IMG/VR virus record: IMGVR_UViG_3300047095_000811
Coordinates: 32,001 to 96,000 of that record
Source: a virus
Strand: one strand, 5' to 3'
Length of the DNA stretch: 64,000 bases
The notes below the pieces were generated by a model, which searched no databases, was not told where the DNA came from, and saw only the letters and a program-made list of their open reading frames with translations. Positions 25,903 to 35,656 of this stretch are shown here, piece by piece (the first letter of the stretch is position 1; every line of letters starts with the position of its first letter). A program made the position numbers and the translations under genes.

Positions 25903-28236
25903 TTACACCTTGACGATTTCCTCGCCGAGGTTGAAGGTGGCGAGAACATCCTCGCCGTCAGCTTGGATGGTCACGGTGTTCTCATCCAGAGAAGAGAACT
26001 CCTTGAACCATGTCTGACCGACGACGATGGTGTACGACACGCGGGCCATCAGACCCTGCAGTGCGCGGACGCCGTTGATGAACTCCTTGCGCTTCGCATC
26101 CAGCCACTCGCGCAGCTTCGCCTCGTCCTTGGCTTCTTCCGTCGCCATGAACTCGGTGTACTCCTTGTAAGGAGCTACGAAGCCCTTCTCGCGACCAGTC
26201 AGAGCCTTACCGGCGTCGATCTTGGCGATCACGTCGGCGGTCTTCGGCAGGGACTTCAGACCCTTCAGCTCGACCGACAGCTCCTTGGTGGTGTACTGGT
26301 CGGTGGACGGAGACACGGCACGCTTCGGATTGAACCCGGCGTCGGTCACGCCCATCTCGATCAGGTAAGCCACCTGCTCGGCGCTGTACTTCTCGACCAG
26401 ACCGGCAGACTTCGCACGGGCGAACTTCTGATCGTAGAAGTAGTTGAACACGGCCTGACCGCACTTCTTCAGGTACAGGTCGTACTGCGAGCGAGCGGTG
26501 TCCACGGCGGAGACTTCGCCGACCATCTTGCGGTTGATCAGCGGGATATCCATCAGGTTCAGCTCGAAGACCTTACCGGCTTCCCAGTCGATGGACTCGT
26601 CCAGAATCTTCTCGGCTACCAGCTTGTCGAAGGTTGCCTTGGAGAAGGACACCGGCAGAGTCTTGGTGTTGATGATCCCGTCCCGGATAATGTTGTAGTT
26701 GCGATAGACTTTGGACTCGACTTCGGTCAGGCCCAGGTCGTTCTTCGGCAGCTTCACGGTACCCTTGCGCTCGACCCGGATCGACACGTTGGGACGGGTC
26801 GAGTTCAGCACGATCGCGTGGAACGGAACGTCACCGGCATCGCCTTCGACGAACTTGGCAGCTTGCTTGGTCTCCAGCAGTCCATCGATGTAGTCGTTCA
26901 CTGCCTTGATGTCTTTCGCATTGCGAGCCTTGGCGCTGCGGGCAGCGACTTCGGCCTTCTCTTCTTCGCTCAGAAGCTCCATCGCGTCTTCCGTTGCGCG
27001 GGAGATGCGGCTGTAGTTCTCGAAGAACTTCTCGCTGAGGATCAGCTTGGCATCTTCGTCCTTGATCAGGTCGTCGAGCAGCTGCACCACAGTGTAGGCA
27101 TCTTCCGCCGGGACCATCGTCGGATCATAGCCTTCCTTCATGCGCTCGGAGTTGTTGAAGACGCACTTCAGCACTTCGGCTTGGAAGGAGGTGTAGTGCT
27201 GCTTGCCGAAGCAGTTCGCGAACATCTTGATCAGACGGACGTCGCCAATGGCGCGGAGGAAGCCGTAGCCCTCGTTGCTCATCATGCGCTGCGCCAGCAC
27301 GAACATGCCAGCGTACAGACCGGGGATCACTGCGCTGGTAGTGCGCTTGCCTTCTTCGAACTTCTTGGCGAAGATGTCTGCTGCAGACTCCTTCTTGCGA
27401 CCGCTTTGGACGGTGGAGAGGAACCAGACGGTCTTCGTGGTGGAGGGAACCGCCACCTTGCCGTCAACCACAGCGTACGCCACGACTGCGTCGTCGGTGA
27501 TGGTATAAGCCACCTTACCGATGCTCTCGGTCGGGATTTCCACCTCGATGCGCTTTGCCATAGCGGCGCTTGGCTGGTTGGTGAACTCGGCCTCGATGAT
27601 CGGGACGTAGTCCTGGAACTTCTCGGCGAAGATCAAGTTACCGCCAGCGGCTTCGGCCATCTTGGTGAGGAGCGGACGGTTGCAGTACCAGCCGTACTCG
27701 ACGATGGTGAAGGTTGCCATCTTCATTGCGGCTTCTTCAGTTGCTTTCAGGATCTGGTCGACGGCCCATTCGTTGTCGCCACCGTCAGTCATGAAGCTCA
27801 GAGAGAAGACGTTGTCGGAGCCGAGCGTGGAGATGATGCGGTCCACGAGACGGCTGGCTTCTTCCATCGGCTCCTTGAAGCCGGTCAGACCGACGGTCGT
27901 CAGGTAGCGATCGATGGCAGCGTTGACCTGCTGGAGGCTGGTCGCGCTCTTCATCGAGTACGCTTCGACGACGGTGCCGAACTGGCCGCGACCGCTGAAC
28001 CAGATGATCGACAGAGTGTCGTTCTCGGCGATGGAGGTAGCGATCTTGTTCTTCAGCTCTTGACGCAGGCGGTCCAGACTGCCGTACATGGAGCCGGAGC
28101 AGTCGATGGCGAAGATGTGGTTGACCTTGGGAGGAGCGACCACTACCGGCTCCTTACCTTCCTTCTCCTTGGGGATGGTGACGGAGATCAGGTTCAGTTC
28201 TTCGGAGACGGGGTAGGAAACAACAGTGTTTGCCAT
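25903..28236 (-). CDS. von Willebrand factor A (vWA) domain protein
   Basis: MIDAS motif DCSGSM...T...MTDG; 777 aa; strong codon bias. Confidence 0.85.
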   Translation of the reverse strand: MANTVVSYPVSEELNLISVTIPKEKEGKEPVVVAPPKVNHIFAIDCSGSMYGSLDRLRQELKNKIATSIAENDTLSIIWFSGRGQFGTVVEAYSMKSATSLQQVNAAIDRYLTTVGLTGFKEPMEEASRLVDRIISTLGSDNVFSLSFMTDGGDNEWAVDQILKATEEAAMKMATFTIVEYGWYCNRPLLTKMAEAAGGNLIFAEKFQDYVPIIEAEFTNQPSAAMAKRIEVEIPTESIGKVAYTITDDAVVAYAVVDGKVAVPSTTKTVWFLSTVQSGRKKESAADIFAKKFEEGKRTTSAVIPGLYAGMFVLAQRMMSNEGYGFLRAIGDVRLIKMFANCFGKQHYTSFQAEVLKCVFNNSERMKEGYDPTMVPAEDAYTVVQLLDDLIKDEDAKLILSEKFFENYSRISRATEDAMELLSEEEKAEVAARSAKARNAKDIKAVNDYIDGLLETKQAAKFVEGDAGDVPFHAIVLNSTRPNVSIRVERKGTVKLPKNDLGLTEVESKVYRNYNIIRDGIINTKTLPVSFSKATFDKLVAEKILDESIDWEAGKVFELNLMDIPLINRKMVGEVSAVDTARSQYDLYLKKCGQAVFNYFYDQKFARAKSAGLVEKYSAEQVAYLIEMGVTDAGFNPKRAVSPSTDQYTTKELSVELKGLKSLPKTADVIAKIDAGKALTGREKGFVAPYKEYTEFMATEEAKDEAKLREWLDAKRKEFINGVRALQGLMARVSYTIVVGQTWFKEFSSLDENTVTIQADGEDVLATFNLGEEIVKV

Positions 28237-28287
28237 GAGTATTCTTCCTTTACGGTGAGTTACGGTTCTTCCACTAGAACCACTCGA

Positions 28288-28296
28288 ATTATATAT
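28288..28296 (-). promoter_or_regulatory. Early-type promoter motif ATATATAAT
   Basis: Upstream of the vWA gene. Confidence 0.55.
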
Positions 28297-28395
28297 CAGC
28301 CATGGCTACTTTGCAGTTGGAGCATAGAAAACCCTCCATCCCTTTTGAGGATGGAGGGTCAATGCCGTAGGAACGGCGGTCCCTAAGGTAGGGGA

Positions 28396-28788
28396 TTACT
28401 TCTTCGGCGCGGCACCGATGCCAGCCATGAGCTGACGAGCGCGAGCGATGGCCTTGGAGCCATACTTGCGGTAGATCACCTCGCGGATTTGCAGGCGGAT
28501 GCCGTTGAACTTCGCGTACTTGGTGTACAGCGGGTCCAGCTTGGCCTTTGCCAGCAGCAGGGCTTGGCGGTGAGCCAGATTGTTGGTCTTGGCCTGACGG
28601 TTCAGACGAACGATGTTCTGCTGCTCTTGCAGGACTTCTTCGGAAGCTTCCGGATCCAGAGCGTTCATGGCAGCAGCCATGCGACGCATCGCCAGCTCTT
28701 CGTCGAGCTGGAGAGCCTCGCTCTCGGAACCGACTTCGGCTTCATGGGATTCCTGCTCTTCGCCCAACAGTTGATTGATGAGAGACAT
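28396..28788 (-). CDS. Small virion head protein
   Basis: Acidic N-terminal part with LLGE/LDE/VLQE motifs, basic C-terminal part, late promoter. Confidence 0.6.
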   Translation of the reverse strand: MSLINQLLGEEQESHEAEVGSESEALQLDEELAMRRMAAAMNALDPEASEEVLQEQQNIVRLNRQAKTNNLAHRQALLLAKAKLDPLYTKYAKFNGIRLQIREVIYRKYGSKAIARARQLMAGIGAAPKK

Positions 28789-28867
28789 GATGGTTTCCTT
28801 TAACAGAATGATTGGTGGCTCGTGTCGAGCTCCGAAAAACTCGATACGATTGAGCGTAAAGCTCTTC

Positions 28868-28879
28868 TAATCAGTTGTT
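28868..28879 (-). promoter_or_regulatory. Late promoter AACA-N6-TA
   Basis: AACA-actgat-TA. Confidence 0.7.
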
Positions 28880-28931
28880 ACGGTGGATAAAATATAAATA
28901 GACGAATGGACCCTCAAAGAATTTGTCAATG

Positions 28932-28942
28932 ATATATAATGA
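28932..28942 (+). promoter_or_regulatory. Early-type promoter motif ATATATAATGA
   Basis: Upstream of 28988 and the DNA polymerase gene cluster. Confidence 0.6.
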
Positions 28943-28987
28943 TAGTGTAGTAGAAACTACATTCTCTCTTACCACCAAGGAAGAACC

Positions 28988-29749
28988 ATGCAGAAAAAGG
29001 TACTGAGCATCAACGATCTTCTGGCGGCTAAGCGCCTCAAGACCCAGCAGCAACAACAGCAAAAGGAAGCTCAGGAAAAGCAGACTTCCGAAGCACCCAA
29101 GCCGCGAATCCGCCGCCTCGTCGAAGCTCTCGACGAGAGCGAAGCGAACACGCCGAAGTTCGACGTGACCAACGTGAAGCACTTCCGCTTCCGAGAGCAC
29201 AATGAGAACGGGTCTGCGATCAGCAACCGTTTCGCAATCACGGTCTCCTACACCAACCCTCAAATCGACATCATCGAAGGGACTACCTACGTCGATGTCG
29301 GGGTAGCAATTTGCTTCGGCGACAATTTCGACCGCCGCGTCGGTGCCGCGATCGCCAACGAACGTGCGCTGAACCGCTGCAGCCCCGAACTCCGGACTCG
29401 CATCTATCTCCGGGAGGTTGACCCCGAGAGTCAGTATGCGAACTACACCTTACTCAACTGGCGCGAGCTCCTGCTGGATCCGGACGGTCGCCGCCGCATC
29501 AACGTCGCCATCCGGGAAATTCTCTGGAAATACGTTGAAAAGAGGTTCCTGTCTGAAAGCATGCGCGACATGATCGACCAAGGATTCCTCGAACTGATCG
29601 GCGACAACCCTTCGGAAGCGAAGGCTGCGCGAAACGATAGCGAAAGCGAGCAATCTCCCCGCCAGCCGAAAGTCCGTGTACACCGCATCAACTCGCTGGA
29701 GGACTTCGCGAAGTTCATGACCTCCGTGATTGGCCGCGAGATCAAGTAA
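28988..29749 (+). CDS. Hypothetical phage protein
   Basis: Contains a C..DNFD...G..IA..RA motif common in phage proteins, and a poly-Gln N-terminus. Confidence 0.65.
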   Translation: MQKKVLSINDLLAAKRLKTQQQQQQKEAQEKQTSEAPKPRIRRLVEALDESEANTPKFDVTNVKHFRFREHNENGSAISNRFAITVSYTNPQIDIIEGTTYVDVGVAICFGDNFDRRVGAAIANERALNRCSPELRTRIYLREVDPESQYANYTLLNWRELLLDPDGRRRINVAIREILWKYVEKRFLSESMRDMIDQGFLELIGDNPSEAKAARNDSESEQSPRQPKVRVHRINSLEDFAKFMTSVIGREIK

Positions 29750-29800
29750 AACGTGTGGGTTGCATCCGTGCAACCCACCTTTCTTTTTTCAGGAGACGAT

Positions 29801-31756
29801 ATGTCATACTCACAGCTCGGCGAATTCTACGTTCGATACTTCACGGCGCTCTTCAGCCGCCTCGGAAAGATCGTGGACCTCGACGAAGATGCAATGCAGA
29901 AGATCGTCGAGAAGGTCATGGCGAAAGTCAAACCGATCGACCTGCGCATCGAGAATAACTACAAGAACAGCGAGATCGACGTAGACTCCGAGAAGCTTCT
30001 TAACCTGTACTACTCCAAGAAGCCGTCGATCTCCGGGTACGGCGTCCTCTTCAAGCAGAACGCAGTCAACGCGCCGGGTAAAATTCTTGAGTACTTGATC
30101 AAACAGCGGAAAGTTGTGAAGAAGGAGATGTTTGCTCACGAGAAAGATGCAGACCGATCCGTCTACAACCAGCTTGACGTCGAGCAGAAGGTGATCAAGG
30201 TTCTAGCAAACGCATTCTACGGCGCGTTCGGCCAGAGCAGCTTCCACTTCTACAACCCGGTGCTTGGCCCCTCGGTGACGTATTCCGGTCAGAATATCAC
30301 ATTGAGTGCGATCCTCGGATTCGAAGCCTTCATGACCGGCAATTTCGAGCTGTTCAGCTTCGACGAGCTAATGATCTACATCGAGAATATCGAGAGCGAG
30401 GAGTTGCATGAGATCTCGATCATGGACTCCCCGGTGCAGACCACCACCGTGTTCCAGTGGCTCAAGGAACACTGCAAGTTCGACTTCACCGAGGAACACG
30501 AGATGTACCTCGAACAGATCCTCGAACGGATGAACGAGTACCAGCTCGAAAGGCTGTACCTGAAGAACAACCTCGAACAGCTCCTAGCGACCTCGACGAT
30601 CACAGAGATCTTCGGACAGTGCTTTGACCAGGACTTCCTCGACTCAGCCCACCCGACCGATCGCAACAAGGAAGCTATCGAGACTCTCGATGAGTACTTC
30701 CGCTATTTCTTGTCTTACCCCTACCAGTGGAACGACAAGTTCGAACGCATCGACAACATGCAGCGCAGGTGCGTCATCATTTCCGACACCGACTCGACGT
30801 TCCTCAACATCAATCCTGTGGTGGAATGGTACGAAGACAAGATCAACGGAGGTGAGCGCCTCGACAAGATCGGTCGCATGGTGATCTGCAACGTCATGGT
30901 CTACTCCATCACCAAGTACATCGAGCAGGTGTTCTGGGAGCTGACGAAGAACATGAACGTTCCGGAAGAGCGCCGGAAGCTGATCAACATGAAGTCAGAG
31001 TTCAACTACTCCCGGATCATCCTGACGAAGAACAAGAAGCAGTACGCTGGCATAATCGTTCTTCAAGAGGGCAACCTGCTGGAGAAGCCGAAGTTCGATA
31101 TCAAGGGCCTCGACATCAAGAAGGTAAAGACCCCGAAGATCGCCCGGAAGTACTTCGGAGACGTTCTGGAGAAGGACATGCTGCTGTGCCCGGAGATCGA
31201 TCCGATGAAGGTGTTCATGCGCTTCATGGACTTCGAGCGTCAAATTCACGACTCCCTGATGAACGGAGAGACGAACTTCGCCAAACCCGGAAAGTTCTCC
31301 AACGCAGCCGGTTACAAGAATCCGGGAACGATCCAAGCTTACCGTGGTGTCAAGCTCTGGAACGTGATGTACCCGAAGAAGACTATCCCTGACTTCTCCA
31401 ACGTGAACCTGCTGAAGCTCCGCAAGATCACCAGAGAGAACTACAAGGAGATCTTCTCCGAGGAATGGCACGAGAAGATCGAAGAGTACTTCGACATGCC
31501 GATCGAGATCAGCGACAAGGAAGCCAAGAAGAAGGCCGAAGCCGCTGGCAAGACGACGTTCGGAGACTACGGCATCGACGTGGTCGCTGTTCCGAAGGGA
31601 GAAGAGTCGATCCCCGAAATCTTCCGGGAGCTGATCGACGTCACAAGCATTACTGACGCCAACATGAAGAACGGCAACATTCTCCTTGAGAGCATCGGCT
31701 TCAAGGTGATCAAGTCGCTCAGTCAGAACACAATCACCAACATAGTGGAGATATAG
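29801..31756 (+). CDS. Split family-B DNA polymerase, subunit 2 (motifs B and C, thumb)
   Basis: Motif B KVLANAFYG, motif C SDTDS, KKQYAG and KGLD; start ATG 29801 (SD AGGAG). Confidence 0.92.
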   Translation: MSYSQLGEFYVRYFTALFSRLGKIVDLDEDAMQKIVEKVMAKVKPIDLRIENNYKNSEIDVDSEKLLNLYYSKKPSISGYGVLFKQNAVNAPGKILEYLIKQRKVVKKEMFAHEKDADRSVYNQLDVEQKVIKVLANAFYGAFGQSSFHFYNPVLGPSVTYSGQNITLSAILGFEAFMTGNFELFSFDELMIYIENIESEELHEISIMDSPVQTTTVFQWLKEHCKFDFTEEHEMYLEQILERMNEYQLERLYLKNNLEQLLATSTITEIFGQCFDQDFLDSAHPTDRNKEAIETLDEYFRYFLSYPYQWNDKFERIDNMQRRCVIISDTDSTFLNINPVVEWYEDKINGGERLDKIGRMVICNVMVYSITKYIEQVFWELTKNMNVPEERRKLINMKSEFNYSRIILTKNKKQYAGIIVLQEGNLLEKPKFDIKGLDIKKVKTPKIARKYFGDVLEKDMLLCPEIDPMKVFMRFMDFERQIHDSLMNGETNFAKPGKFSNAAGYKNPGTIQAYRGVKLWNVMYPKKTIPDFSNVNLLKLRKITRENYKEIFSEEWHEKIEEYFDMPIEISDKEAKKKAEAAGKTTFGDYGIDVVAVPKGEESIPEIFRELIDVTSITDANMKNGNILLESIGFKVIKSLSQNTITNIVEI

Positions 31757-31759
31757 CCT

Positions 31760-32146
31760 ATGGCGTATTTTGCAGTACTGGCGGTGACCGACAATAGCCG
31801 GGAGAACAACGTCGTCACTGACGTTGTCTTCAACTCCGTCGGTTCCTACAAGAGTGCGCTGGACTTCCACGCACAGCTCTACGAGAAGATGAACGGGATG
31901 TCCAGTAACCCGTTTTCCAAGAAGCATCTTGACATGATTCGAAGGGGCGGAGTCGACATCCACGCCCTTCTCATCGACCCCGACATCTTCCACATCTGCC
32001 GGGAGCTGAAGGAGAAGGGCCACGATGGCGAAGACCTGCTCCAGCGCAAGGTCTTGGCCAAGTTCGACGTCACGGACTACGTCGCAGCAGTGATCGACGA
32101 GAAGTGGCCCGAGGTTGAAGAAAAACCGGCAAAGAAAAAGAAATGA
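31760..32146 (+). CDS. Hypothetical protein
   Basis: 128 aa ORF directly downstream of the polymerase. Confidence 0.65.
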   Translation: MAYFAVLAVTDNSRENNVVTDVVFNSVGSYKSALDFHAQLYEKMNGMSSNPFSKKHLDMIRRGGVDIHALLIDPDIFHICRELKEKGHDGEDLLQRKVLAKFDVTDYVAAVIDEKWPEVEEKPAKKKK

Positions 32147-32505
32147 TAGCGATTCGCGGGGCCGACGACGTTGATATGATCGCAGATGTCGATGTAGAGC
32201 ATCACGCCATCATCAAGGACCACTTCGAGGCTTCGTTTCTGCGAGGCCGTGGACACTGGAACCCCGATATAGAGGGTCACGCCGCTTACTTCGAGGAAGC
32301 GGATGCCCTTCGGATGTATCCAGTCCACAGCGACGAGTACGAGTGGCTAGACCCTACCATCTGGGAGAACGTCGAGCTGCTTTATGGAGAGGTCTACGCC
32401 GTGTACGTGGTGTTGAACAACTCCAACTGCTCTGTCGCGTACGTTCCCAAAAGATCTTGGGTTCCATCGGTGATCGGCGACATGCTGGTCGCCTTCACGA
32501 ACTGA
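32143..32505 (+). CDS. Hypothetical protein
   Basis: 120 aa ORF with ATGA overlap. Confidence 0.6.
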   Translation: MIAIRGADDVDMIADVDVEHHAIIKDHFEASFLRGRGHWNPDIEGHAAYFEEADALRMYPVHSDEYEWLDPTIWENVELLYGEVYAVYVVLNNSNCSVAYVPKRSWVPSVIGDMLVAFTN

Positions 32506-32509
32506 CATA

Positions 32510-32538
32510 GGGCGGTCCAACCGCCCTTTTTTTTTTTA
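32510..32538 (+). terminator. Intrinsic terminator
   Basis: GGGCGGT-CCA-ACCGCCC followed by a long T run. Confidence 0.8.
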
Positions 32539-32540
32539 TC

Positions 32541-32951
32541 ATGCTCAAGCTCACCACACCAGTCGAAGAACTGCGAGGCGTAAGCGAGGCGACGCATAGT
32601 CTGATCTCGACCTACGTGAGAGACCTACTGAGCGAGGATCACAGCGTCCTGCTCGAAGAGATTGGCGGGACCGAATTCTGTCCGTTGTTTCCGGAGAGTG
32701 CGGATGAAATCCTCAGCCTCACCGACCCGGAAGACAACGACAACATTGTCAACCGGGCCTTCAATATTATCAGCGACCCACTGAACACAGTATTCTTTGT
32801 GTTCACGGAACCGGATCGCAACAAAGTAATCAATGTCTACATCTTGAAGGCGAAGCACTGCCCGCAGGTCTTCTTGCGCTTCATCGACTACATCCACGAC
32901 GACGTGGACGACGAGGAAGACAACTACGTTCCTCCCTACGAGGTATCGTGA
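32541..32951 (+). CDS. Hypothetical protein
   Basis: 136 aa acidic ORF. Confidence 0.55.
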   Translation: MLKLTTPVEELRGVSEATHSLISTYVRDLLSEDHSVLLEEIGGTEFCPLFPESADEILSLTDPEDNDNIVNRAFNIISDPLNTVFFVFTEPDRNKVINVYILKAKHCPQVFLRFIDYIHDDVDDEEDNYVPPYEVS

Positions 32952-33004
32952 CTACCCCATACAGGCCGAATTGAATTGCAGTATGAGCGAAATGCTCATA
33001 CTGC

Positions 33005-33016
33005 AACAAGGCTTTA
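33005..33016 (+). promoter_or_regulatory. Late promoter AACA-N6-TA of the portal gene cluster
   Basis: AACA-aggctt-TA; supports a start at 33037 rather than 32971. Confidence 0.7.
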
Positions 33017-33036
33017 GTCATATCATTGGAGCTGTC

Positions 33037-33546
33037 ATGATTAACGTCTCCGAACTAAAACAGAAGTTCGACCTTCTGCCGGTAGACAAGAACAACTGGG
33101 ATCTCTACCAGAGCCTTCTTGACTTGGACATGTCCGTCTTCAAACCACTGATGGAAGAAATCCTTGAGGGTCGAATGGACATCGAGGACACCCGACCGAT
33201 CTTCTCCAAGTACATGCCGAAGGTGGTAAGCGCGGTCAGAAACGAGGTCGAGAATAAGCGTCGGTTGATCAACACCGAGGAAGAATTCCGGAAGAACCTC
33301 GTCCGGCGAGCTCTCACTCCGGACGAAGCGATCAAGGAAGTCCGAGTCACGAACCCGGCATACGAGGACATCAAAGGGGTGATGATCGACAAGTACGAAG
33401 AGGCCACCGGCGACAAGCTGACCGAGAGCCAGCGCAGAGCGATGCTCATTGCAATGGAGCAGACTCAGTACTTCGATATCGATCTGTATGGGAACAAAGA
33501 GAAGCAAGTCCGTCTCTCGGACATGCTTTCCGGTAGCCCTAGCTAA
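33037..33546 (+). CDS. Late hypothetical protein
   Basis: ATG 33037 with SD GGAG. Confidence 0.65.
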   Translation: MINVSELKQKFDLLPVDKNNWDLYQSLLDLDMSVFKPLMEEILEGRMDIEDTRPIFSKYMPKVVSAVRNEVENKRRLINTEEEFRKNLVRRALTPDEAIKEVRVTNPAYEDIKGVMIDKYEEATGDKLTESQRRAMLIAMEQTQYFDIDLYGNKEKQVRLSDMLSGSPS

Positions 33547-33557
33547 AGGAAAACAAA

Positions 33558-34589
33558 ATGGCAGAATTGCTACTCACGCAGAACGAGCTGGACGCGTACC
33601 TCTCATCGGTCGATCTCTCCGACCCGGCGATCAACAGCGTCTTCAACTCGATTCAGTTGCTCACTACGAACAACTACAACGACATTCTCTACTACCTCGT
33701 CAATGGGCGGCTGACCATCCAGCAGCTGATTCAGACTCCGATCAACAACGCCACTGCTCGGAACCTCATTGCAGCCGCCGAGCAGGGCGGGAGTACAATC
33801 CTTGCGAGGAAAAAGTTCTACCAGAATTTCCTGTCTAAGCTGCCCAGCTTCATAGCCTTCGGGAACGACATGAAGAGCGTGCTGAGCACGTACATGTACT
33901 TTCTCGCATACCCGAGTTCGAATTTCGTCAAGACCGTCGAGATCGACTCCACCGGGCTCAGCACGACGAAATTCAACGGGATTGCTCCTATCAAGGAGAA
34001 GCACAATCAGATCCTTGCGTACTGTAAGGCACAGCCACAGTGGTCTGCGCTCACGGCGTACTGCAGCCGCTACAACTTGAACTCTCTGCTCGCAATCTTC
34101 GACAAAGAACTCAACACGTACGAGATGATCTCCACTGCGGATCGCAAGTATCTGTCGCTGAGAGCGTCTGCCAAGGACAGCATCTGCGGATACGCAATCC
34201 GTGGACTGTACGGATTTTCTTACCGGGTCTACTACGCCGAGTATCTGGACTACATCGTCAGCCAGATGGCAGCGAAGTACGATCAGGACGCCGCAAAGAA
34301 CGGCGCGGTCGGTCTGAGGTACGCCCAGACGCTCAATAATTGGGACGTACTCCCTCGGAGCTCAACCGCGTCGGAGCTCATCAAGAACCTCGGTCAGCTC
34401 TACATGGTGTTCTACAAGTTCCCGTCGATCTACGGTTCTTCGTACTTCACTCAAGCCGAAATAAACAGCGCACGAGCAATGCTCTCCATCTACATCGGAG
34501 ACGACGCGCTCAATCCGGGTTTCTTCGGGTACGTGAGGGCTTTCTTGGAGCTCTTCAACTCCCAGCTCGAAGCGCAGCTAGTTCCGTGA
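33558..34589 (+). CDS. Putative virion structural protein
   Basis: 343 aa, in the late cluster with the portal gene. Confidence 0.6.
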   Translation: MAELLLTQNELDAYLSSVDLSDPAINSVFNSIQLLTTNNYNDILYYLVNGRLTIQQLIQTPINNATARNLIAAAEQGGSTILARKKFYQNFLSKLPSFIAFGNDMKSVLSTYMYFLAYPSSNFVKTVEIDSTGLSTTKFNGIAPIKEKHNQILAYCKAQPQWSALTAYCSRYNLNSLLAIFDKELNTYEMISTADRKYLSLRASAKDSICGYAIRGLYGFSYRVYYAEYLDYIVSQMAAKYDQDAAKNGAVGLRYAQTLNNWDVLPRSSTASELIKNLGQLYMVFYKFPSIYGSSYFTQAEINSARAMLSIYIGDDALNPGFFGYVRAFLELFNSQLEAQLVP

Positions 34590-34596
34590 GGAGATT

Positions 34597-35646
34597 ATGC
34601 CGAAACTTTCAATGTATGACCTTCGAAAATTCACTTCGAAGGTGGATCAGACAAATTTCCTGATCTTTGCAAAACTGCTGAACCTGACAGACCAAGACCT
34701 GTTCAACCTCGTCATAGAACTGCTGAATGACAACCGGATCAATCTGTTCATGCTCAGCGGTCTCCCCATGATCAGCGACCACACGGTCAAGAACTTCGTA
34801 GAAAGCTACCTCATCCACGTCGATCCTCAAGTCTTGCACACCTCGAATGTGTCGGACTTCAGCGTGTCGGACTACATGGAGGGGCTGAAGGACGGGGCGA
34901 ACGTCACCACCCTGATCGATCTGCTGAGAGCGTACAACGCTCAAGAGAACCTGAACTACGGTAAGCCCGGAAGGAAACTGATCGGAGACATCAAGCTCAC
35001 GCTCGACCGCTCAAGCTACTTCGGGTACAACAGTCTGCAGGACATCAAGACCGTCTTCGACCAGCACGTCAACTCCGACATCTGCAACGAGTTCCAGACG
35101 ATCGACATCCAGTACGTGTTCCCAACACCGCAGTCCCTCCCGACCCCGAATTCGGACCGGGCGACAGCAGTGCGGACGTGGTACTCCGACGTCTTTTCTC
35201 CGTTTCTGGGAGTCTTGAACAACCAGAGCCTACACGGCCTCCTGTACAGCGTCGACGAGACGATGGCAAAGTCGCAGGAGTACGTGGTCGAGTTCCACGA
35301 GATCTACAACTTCAAGCTCTACGGCGACAACATCCCGAAGCTGCACAACCAGACTGCGTTTGAGCTGGCTGCTCTCGGACGACCCTACAACGATGCCGAG
35401 ATCGCCGCCATCGAGGAGTCGATCTACAGCACATCGATCGTGCCGACGAGCCTGAGTGAGAGTATCTCCCTGAAGCTCTACAAGGCCCACATCGTTGCAC
35501 TCCACAAGGGTTACGCCGGAGATGCAGCCTACGCTAGTAAGATTATCGACGACCTCGAAGTGATCATCGAGATGATCGAACACTTCAAGAAAGTAGTCAA
35601 TATGATCTTGAACCAAACTCACGAGAATTTTAAAGTAGTGACATGA
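34597..35646 (+). CDS. Putative virion structural protein
   Basis: 349 aa, SD GAGGAG, in the late cluster. Confidence 0.6.
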   Translation: MPKLSMYDLRKFTSKVDQTNFLIFAKLLNLTDQDLFNLVIELLNDNRINLFMLSGLPMISDHTVKNFVESYLIHVDPQVLHTSNVSDFSVSDYMEGLKDGANVTTLIDLLRAYNAQENLNYGKPGRKLIGDIKLTLDRSSYFGYNSLQDIKTVFDQHVNSDICNEFQTIDIQYVFPTPQSLPTPNSDRATAVRTWYSDVFSPFLGVLNNQSLHGLLYSVDETMAKSQEYVVEFHEIYNFKLYGDNIPKLHNQTAFELAALGRPYNDAEIAAIEESIYSTSIVPTSLSESISLKLYKAHIVALHKGYAGDAAYASKIIDDLEVIIEMIEHFKKVVNMILNQTHENFKVVT

Positions 35647-35656
35647 AGGATTCTAC

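Noticed and set aside
23462-28386. Very long antisense ORFs (23462-25228 minus, 25963-28386 plus)
   Set aside because: Mirror frames of the capsid and vWA genes. Strong codon bias avoids TTA/CTA/TCA, which removes antisense stops.
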